NCBI GenBank assembly: GCA_038889235.1
Contig: JAWAHN010000001.1
Span: forward strand, 704,499 to 736,498
From: Candidatus Jordarchaeales archaeon
Lineage (GTDB): Archaea; Asgardarchaeota; Jordiarchaeia; Jordiarchaeales; Freyrarchaeaceae
Length of the DNA stretch: 32,000 nt
Reading direction: 5' to 3'
The notes below the pieces were generated by a model. The model did no database searches. It had not been told where the DNA came from and saw only the letters and a list, made by a program, of their open reading frames with translations. The position numbers and the translations under genes are program-made. Of the stretch, positions 26,594-32,000 are shown piece by piece (position 1 is the stretch's first letter; every line of letters starts with the position of its first letter).

Positions 26594-27277
26594 TTACCAC
26601 GGCTCCTTTTTAAGACGTAAAACGTATGCGCCTGCGTTAGCTAAAAGGTGTATTACCGGTGTGACTATTACTACTACCAATAGGACTTCTACAGGTGGTA
26701 AGTAAAACCATGAAGAGAGCAAAATGGCACCAGCTATGAAGTCGAGTTGATCTAATCCCGGGGCTGGGGTACCGCGATCTAAGTTTAAACGTCGTTTAAT
26801 AAATGAGCCGACCAAGTCTCCTGTCAATGCTCCAAGCGAGAGCAGGAAACCCTTCAGTATGCTGGGCATAATAATTTCTTTTGATGTTGACGGATACCCT
26901 AAGAGAAAGAAAAACAGAGGAGTGAAAAAGAGCGCGTTAACTAGTATGAGGTGAGCATGTTGAGGGCTCAGCGCATTAGCTGCAAATAGGAAGAAAGTTA
27001 CCTGGGGGGAAGATAACAACATAGGAATGCCTACAGTACTTCCAGCTATCGATTGCGCCGCGCCAACGAAAGTTCCAGCGACTACACCACCCACGAAGCC
27101 TCTTAGCGTTTTTCCGTCTCCAAACAATCGCTTTCCATCTATGAAGTTTCTACCTAAATCTAATGGCATGTTAAAGCGCTTACCTCGCCCAAATATCACA
27201 GCTAATCCGTTGGCGGCATAAGCAGGGAGGATATACCAAAGAGCTAGGACAAGTAAAATTAGCAAATCCACGTTCAA
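26594..27277 (-). CDS. carS: CDP-archaeol synthase, with an extended hydrophobic internal segment
   Basis: LPAYAANG, DGKRLFGDGKT, GDLVGSFIKRRL, DQLDF and C-terminal LKKEPW motifs. Confidence 0.92.
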   Translation of the reverse strand: MNVDLLILLVLALWYILPAYAANGLAVIFGRGKRFNMPLDLGRNFIDGKRLFGDGKTLRGFVGGVVAGTFVGAAQSIAGSTVGIPMLLSSPQVTFFLFAANALSPQHAHLILVNALFFTPLFFFLLGYPSTSKEIIMPSILKGFLLSLGALTGDLVGSFIKRRLNLDRGTPAPGLDQLDFIAGAILLSSWFYLPPVEVLLVVVIVTPVIHLLANAGAYVLRLKKEPW

Positions 27278-27331
27278 GCCTCCAATGAGTAGAGGTAAAT
27301 TGTGTATAGATCCTTGTAATAAATTGCCTTT

Positions 27332-28015
27332 TTAAGTTAATCCTCTCTCTGAGAGGATCAGTTCCACACACGACCCCACTTTTCCCGCTTCGCCTTTAAT
27401 TAGCGTTACCTTCACTTTACCAGGTGTAATACGCTCCATTTTCAAGTCTACTGCAGACCAATAAGATACGACATTCTCTCCTACGGGTCGCATTTCCCCC
27501 GTTTCTGGGTCAAAAGTGACTTGATTTGTTAAAAGAACTGCTGAGAAAGTCTTCTGGGCGATAGCCAGTAACTCTGCAAGCTGCATGTTTAGTCTACGAT
27601 TTGCAATTATGTTTTTCTCCTTTTCTTCGAGCTCCAATCGATACATGCTTGCGATGCTATCAATGATTATAAGCGAGTAAAGGGGGGTAGACGCGCTTAG
27701 TTGTTCTATTATTCGTTCCTGTTCCATAAACGAGAACGGCTTTACAACCATAATTTTTCTTAAATCTCCCTTATAGAGTAACAATTGCTGTAGACGTTTT
27801 GGGTGGAGGGAGTGTTCTGCGTCTATGTAGAAAACTTTAGTTCCATAGGAAGAGGCATTAAGAGCGCATTGTATGCTAAAAGTAGTTTTTCCCCCACCTT
27901 TGGGCCCAAAAATGTGCGTTATGAATCCAACTGGGAGACCTCCAGAAAGCAAAGAGTCTACCTTGCCCACCCCTGAAGGAATTTTCTTCATAGCTCTGCT
28001 AGCCAATTTTTCCAC
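27332..28015 (-). CDS. radB: RadB-like RecA-family recombination protein
   Basis: DSLLSGGL, GPKGGGKT, YIDAE, LIIIDSI and LLTNQV motifs; short protein without the RadA N-terminal domain. Confidence 0.85.
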   Translation of the reverse strand: MEKLASRAMKKIPSGVGKVDSLLSGGLPVGFITHIFGPKGGGKTTFSIQCALNASSYGTKVFYIDAEHSLHPKRLQQLLLYKGDLRKIMVVKPFSFMEQERIIEQLSASTPLYSLIIIDSIASMYRLELEEKEKNIIANRRLNMQLAELLAIAQKTFSAVLLTNQVTFDPETGEMRPVGENVVSYWSAVDLKMERITPGKVKVTLIKGEAGKVGSCVELILSERGLT

Positions 28016-28180
28016 CCCGGTTAGGGAACGAAAGTGGTGAGCTGATTGGCGGAAGACGAAAAGATTTCAGATAAAATTATATTGACAAGAACGAATATTG
28101 TTCCCCAAAAATAAAATTAACAAAGGTACTTTGAAAAAGGAGACGACGAACTACGGAATCTTCTAGTCTGAGGGAGATAC

Positions 28181-29455
28181 TTGGAGCGCGTGGAAATAGC
28201 AAACGAAGGCGAATGTCTCTTGATCAAAGGGCCTGCTAACATAGAGATCAAAGAAGGCAAGGTGATGATACTGGGTGGAACCTTCGGGGCAGGAGAATGC
28301 ATAGTGATTCCTAAGGGGAAGGCAATTTCACTAAGGGCATACACTCCTGTCGTATTGAAAGTAACGTCAGGTTGTGTTGAACGAGTAATAGAGGACGTAC
28401 CACCGTACTGGTGGAAAGCCGTTGAGGAACTAGACAGTGTCGAGAAACCAGTAATAACTTTGGTTATAGGCGGTGTCGACATGGGCAAGACAACTTTCAC
28501 GACGTTTCTAGCTAATGCTGCGTTTATAAAGGGGCTTAAGGTCGCCGTAGTAGATGCAGATGTAGGACAAAGTGATGTAGGGCCTCCATGCTTTGTAGCT
28601 ATGGGACTGCTCAGCCATCCGGTAACAGATATGGCAAAAGTGAAATTAGAAGATGCATACTTTATAGGTTCAACTACGCCGTCAACTTACCCTCATAGGA
28701 TAGTTGCAGGCGTGAAATTGATGGTTGAAAAAGCACTTAAACTTGGATGCGAAGCAGTCTTCATAGATACTCCGGGGTGGATTACAGGGCTAAAAGCAAG
28801 AGACTTAAACATAGCGTTATTTAACGTTCTGCGTCCAAACATGGTGATAGCACTACAAGAAAAGAATGAAGCTGAAGGAATACTCAAAGCGCTTTCTGGA
28901 TCGAAGACGCGCATTTTAAGGCTTCCAGCATTGGCAGCGTGTAAGAGAGATAGGGAAACAAGAAAGTTTCTTCGCGAAGCTGCCTACAGACGGCACTTGC
29001 GGGGAAGCGAAAATGTTACTCTGGATTTAAGCAAGGTTTCTGTAGCGTATACAGCACTTTTTAGCGGAGATAAGTTGGACGTTGAAGAAGAAAGAAAAAT
29101 CTCGGCGGTTTTGGGCTTCAACCCAGTTTACGCTGAATCTTCTCCTGATGTCTTAACTATAGTTCTGCCGAGCGAGAAAAACGTTAAAAGAGAGAGCATT
29201 GAAGCACTTAAAATACTGTTTAAAGGTAAAGAGATACACTTGGTCAATGAAAACGAGTTCGAGAACCTTTTAGTGGCATTATTGAACGAAGACGACAAAT
29301 ACCTTGGGATAGGTATCTTGAAGAAGCTTGATTACGCTGCGAAAAAGGTAACAGTCTTTACACCCGTTCCTCCTGAAAAGGTAACAAAGATACTTTTCGG
29401 GTCTGTGAAAGTTATAGAAAACGGTGTAGAAATAGGTCCCATACGACACAATTAA
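28181..29455 (+). CDS. clp1: Clp1/Grc3(Nol9)-family polynucleotide 5'-OH kinase
   Basis: GGVDMGKTT, DADVGQSDVGPP, IDTPGW and RETRKFLRE motifs; 424 aa with extra N- and C-terminal domains. Confidence 0.88.
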   Translation: MERVEIANEGECLLIKGPANIEIKEGKVMILGGTFGAGECIVIPKGKAISLRAYTPVVLKVTSGCVERVIEDVPPYWWKAVEELDSVEKPVITLVIGGVDMGKTTFTTFLANAAFIKGLKVAVVDADVGQSDVGPPCFVAMGLLSHPVTDMAKVKLEDAYFIGSTTPSTYPHRIVAGVKLMVEKALKLGCEAVFIDTPGWITGLKARDLNIALFNVLRPNMVIALQEKNEAEGILKALSGSKTRILRLPALAACKRDRETRKFLREAAYRRHLRGSENVTLDLSKVSVAYTALFSGDKLDVEEERKISAVLGFNPVYAESSPDVLTIVLPSEKNVKRESIEALKILFKGKEIHLVNENEFENLLVALLNEDDKYLGIGILKKLDYAAKKVTVFTPVPPEKVTKILFGSVKVIENGVEIGPIRHN

Positions 29456-29464
29456 CTGCAAACT

Positions 29465-30643
29465 TTACTTTAATCCAAGCCATATTATACCTTTAGGTTC
29501 CGTGCATTCTTCTATAATCTTGAACGCTTGCTTCATCACTTCTAATTCTTCTTCGAGTGTAACGTCCCGGCCGCCTAGTCCCGCTATACATTCTAGAATC
29601 AAAGGTTTTTCTTTGATTCCGTAAAGTGATGCTTTAAGCTCTGATGCTACAGCCCCACCTTTCCCGGGGCTGAGATTTCTATCGATGACCAAAATACACT
29701 CTGTCTTCCTCGCAATGCGGCAAAGCTCTTCCTCTGGGAAGGGTCTGAAGGATCTAAGTTTTACAGCTCCAGCCTTATAACCTTCTTCCCTTAACACATC
29801 CACAACTAATTTTGCTTGGTCAGCTAACGACCCCATGGAAAGAAGGACAACATCGGCGTCACTGCACTTGTATTCTTCCACGAGGTGTCCATGATTGCGG
29901 CCAAAAATTTTTTCGAATTCTTCGGAGCAACGGACTATTTTTTTCTTGGCGGTTTCCATAGCCTTGTGTAATAGGAACCTGAACTCGTAAAACCAGTCCT
30001 CGGGCATTTGGAGATTTCCGTGAGTTATTGGATTGTCGATGTCTATCGTAATATGCTTCCATGGTTCATGTGGAATGAAGGCGTCAACATCTTCTTGGTT
30101 GGGGAGTAACACTGGTTGAGCCGTGTGGCTTAGGACGAAACCTTCAAGGCAAACCATTACTGGAAGAAGAACCTCTGGGTCCTCTGCTATTTTATATGCT
30201 TGAAGAATTGTGTCGAAAGCTTCCTGATGGTTGCTTGTATAAATTTGAATCCATCCTGTATCCCTCTGAGATATCGAGTCGCCATGTTCAGCCCAAATGT
30301 TCCAAGGCGGACCTATGGCACGGTTCACTACGGCCATAACTATCGGAAGCCTAGTTGCTGAAGCCCAATGAAGCATTTCGTGCATGTAGGCCAGTCCATG
30401 ACTACAAGTGGCTGTAAATGTCCTTACTCCAGCTAAACTTGCTCCTATACATGCCGCCATAGCTGAGTGCTCTGACTCGACAGGCACAAAGACCGCATCC
30501 AACTCACCGCTTAGAATGAACTCCGCCAGTTTTTCCACAATCTGAGTCTGGGGGGTTATAGGATAACATGAGACAAAACGCGCCCTAGCCATTTTGACAG
30601 CATACGCGACAGCGTGATTCCCCGTCAAAATTAAAGTTTCCAT
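29465..30643 (-). CDS. porA: 2-oxoacid:ferredoxin oxidoreductase alpha subunit (POR/VOR family)
   Basis: GNHAVA, YPITPQT, VESEHSAMAACIGAS and LRSFRPFP motifs; ATG at 30643. Substrate specificity cannot be determined from the sequence. Confidence 0.9.
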   Translation of the reverse strand: METLILTGNHAVAYAVKMARARFVSCYPITPQTQIVEKLAEFILSGELDAVFVPVESEHSAMAACIGASLAGVRTFTATCSHGLAYMHEMLHWASATRLPIVMAVVNRAIGPPWNIWAEHGDSISQRDTGWIQIYTSNHQEAFDTILQAYKIAEDPEVLLPVMVCLEGFVLSHTAQPVLLPNQEDVDAFIPHEPWKHITIDIDNPITHGNLQMPEDWFYEFRFLLHKAMETAKKKIVRCSEEFEKIFGRNHGHLVEEYKCSDADVVLLSMGSLADQAKLVVDVLREEGYKAGAVKLRSFRPFPEEELCRIARKTECILVIDRNLSPGKGGAVASELKASLYGIKEKPLILECIAGLGGRDVTLEEELEVMKQAFKIIEECTEPKGIIWLGLK

Positions 30644-30659
30644 GAACACACCCCTCTTC

Positions 30660-31574
30660 CTATTTTTTCTCATCAACAACCATGCGTATAGCCTTCCTCG
30701 GACACTCGTTAAAACATACGCCGCAGCCTTTGCAGTAGTCGTAATCTATCTCGGGAAAGCCTTCTTCGTTAACATTTACTGCTGCTTCAGGGCAGTACAT
30801 CCAGCAAAAGAGACACTTAGTGCATTTTTCTTTATCAATTACCGGCATATGTGTACGCCAGTCACCTGTTTTACCAATACTTCCTTTACTTGGAGTCGAG
30901 ACGGGGACTGGTGGTAGGTCGGTCCAGTGGCGGAATTCAGGTATTCTTTCGGGTCTTGAGGGGGGAACGGGAGGGATGTATTGTTCAGGGGTTATATGAA
31001 CCTTTAACGTGGAATAATAAGCTTTCTCTATGGCTTTCATGTTTTTCTCAACTAACACTGATTCAAAGGACGATTCTACTGCTTTCCTAAGGCCTTTGAG
31101 ACTTATGAGTCCTGTAGCCTTGGCAAATGCACCCAGCATTGGCATAGCTAAAACATATAATCCAGCAGCTTGCAGGCCCAGTTCTAGGCATATTGAGGTA
31201 GCATCAACTACATAGACAAGACATTCCTCTGGTACACGGATAGACGGAATGACTTTTGTGCCAGCAGTATTAATTATAAGGAAGCCACTCTTTTTCAGCC
31301 CACGAATGACAACATTGTTATTTCTGGTTATCATTGAGGGGTCGACTACGACCACGGCGTCCGGTGAGTAAACTTGGGAATGCAGTAAGATAGGCGTACG
31401 GGAAATCCTGTTGTAAGCTTCTATTTGTGCACCTCTCCTCTCGGCTCCAATCCATGGAATGGATTGGACCCCTGCAAAACCTTCATTGAAAGCGGCAATC
31501 GCAAGTATTCTAGATGCTGTGACTACTCCTTGTCCGCCACGGCCATGCCATCTTACTTCGAACATTTCGTGCAT
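30660..31574 (-). CDS. Fused gamma-delta subunit of 2-oxoacid:ferredoxin oxidoreductase
   Basis: N-terminal HGRGGQGVVTA and GAERRGA (gamma); C-terminal TGDWRTHMPVID plus two CxxCxxCxxxCP motifs (delta). Confidence 0.9.
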   Translation of the reverse strand: MHEMFEVRWHGRGGQGVVTASRILAIAAFNEGFAGVQSIPWIGAERRGAQIEAYNRISRTPILLHSQVYSPDAVVVVDPSMITRNNNVVIRGLKKSGFLIINTAGTKVIPSIRVPEECLVYVVDATSICLELGLQAAGLYVLAMPMLGAFAKATGLISLKGLRKAVESSFESVLVEKNMKAIEKAYYSTLKVHITPEQYIPPVPPSRPERIPEFRHWTDLPPVPVSTPSKGSIGKTGDWRTHMPVIDKEKCTKCLFCWMYCPEAAVNVNEEGFPEIDYDYCKGCGVCFNECPRKAIRMVVDEKK

Positions 31575-31589
31575 ATAGGATCCCTTCTT

Positions 31590-32000
31590 CTAGAAGAAGA
31601 GCGTTTTTCCATCAAGTTCAGCTACTTTTTCAAGCTTCTTGTCGATTATTTCCTGAAGAGACTTTATTTCTTCATCACTCATCCTGCTAAAACGTTCTTG
31701 CGCCCTGATATATTCTCTCACTGGAATACGTTTCTCGGGCTTCTCTATAATGGTTCTGCTCGGCGGGCTTAGGCGGAAAACGCCATTTTCAACTTCGTAT
31801 AAAAGCCACATTCCAGATTGGACAGCCAACCTACCGATTTTAACCGTTAATCCGGTGTCGAAGCGCCATCCCGGAGGACATGGAACTAAGATGTGGATGT
31901 ATCTCATACCTTTAATGTTCTTGGCTTTCTTGGTTTTATTGTAAATATCGATAGGGTATGAAGAGCACGTTGTAGCCACGTAAGGAATCCTGTGAGCAGC
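31590..32000 (-). CDS. porB: 2-oxoacid:ferredoxin oxidoreductase beta subunit, C-terminal part; 5' end outside the window
   Basis: AAHRIPYVAT, HILVPCPPGW, LAVQSGMWLLYE and YIRAQERF motifs. Confidence 0.9.
   Translation of the reverse strand, partial: AAHRIPYVATTCSSYPIDIYNKTKKAKNIKGMRYIHILVPCPPGWRFDTGLTVKIGRLAVQSGMWLLYEVENGVFRLSPPSRTIIEKPEKRIPVREYIRAQERFSRMSDEEIKSLQEIIDKKLEKVAELDGKTLFF

Noticed and set aside
26850-27050. In-frame BHB intron explaining the CarS insertion
   Set aside because: The candidate pairings GCTGG/CCAGC and GGCAT/ATGCC lack compatible bulges and flanking helices.
28046-28114. 22-aa ORF (MAEDEKISDKIILTRTNIVPQK) with an SD-like GTGGTGA between radB and clp1
   Set aside because: It lies in a short divergent promoter region, has no recognisable motif, and the SD-like sequence could be chance.
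49-31944. Many antisense or overlapping ORFs in the track (e.g. 49-312, 156-503, 14002-14445, 17628-18392)
   Set aside because: They are shadows of well-supported genes on the opposite strand or in another frame, with no motifs.

Overview
This is an archaeal chromosomal window with dense housekeeping genes and Shine-Dalgarno-led starts. An OSTC/DC2-like oligosaccharyltransferase subunit suggests an Asgard or Bathyarchaeia-like TACK lineage, but this placement is an inference. Gene content, in order: rtcB (cut by the window edge), TFS, RNase III-like gene, rpo11, csl4, METTL5-like methylase, dph2, enolase, UPF0146, PEP synthase, a solitary A/V-ATPase B subunit, OSTC-like gene, small Zn-finger gene, topoisomerase IA, a 791-aa degenerate HerA/VirB4-like orphan, TIGR00300-type cyclodeaminase, glpK-glpABC, an AhpD-like gene, rio1-dim2 flanked by two tRNA-Leu genes, acdB, GPN GTPase, carS, radB, Clp1 kinase and a 2-oxoacid:ferredoxin oxidoreductase cluster. 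The main finding is in the PEP synthase gene. It is interrupted inside its conserved [11 protein letters not shown] motif by an 18-nt insertion (6951-6968) carrying an in-frame TGA. The insertion folds into a canonical bulge-helix-bulge whose predicted cut sites excise exactly these 18 nt, so it is a candidate tRNA-type intron in an mRNA. The two tRNA-Leu genes carry 3 and 2 BHB/BHL introns, four of the five at non-canonical positions, and the RtcB ligase is in the same window. All folds were worked out by hand and no database searches were run.
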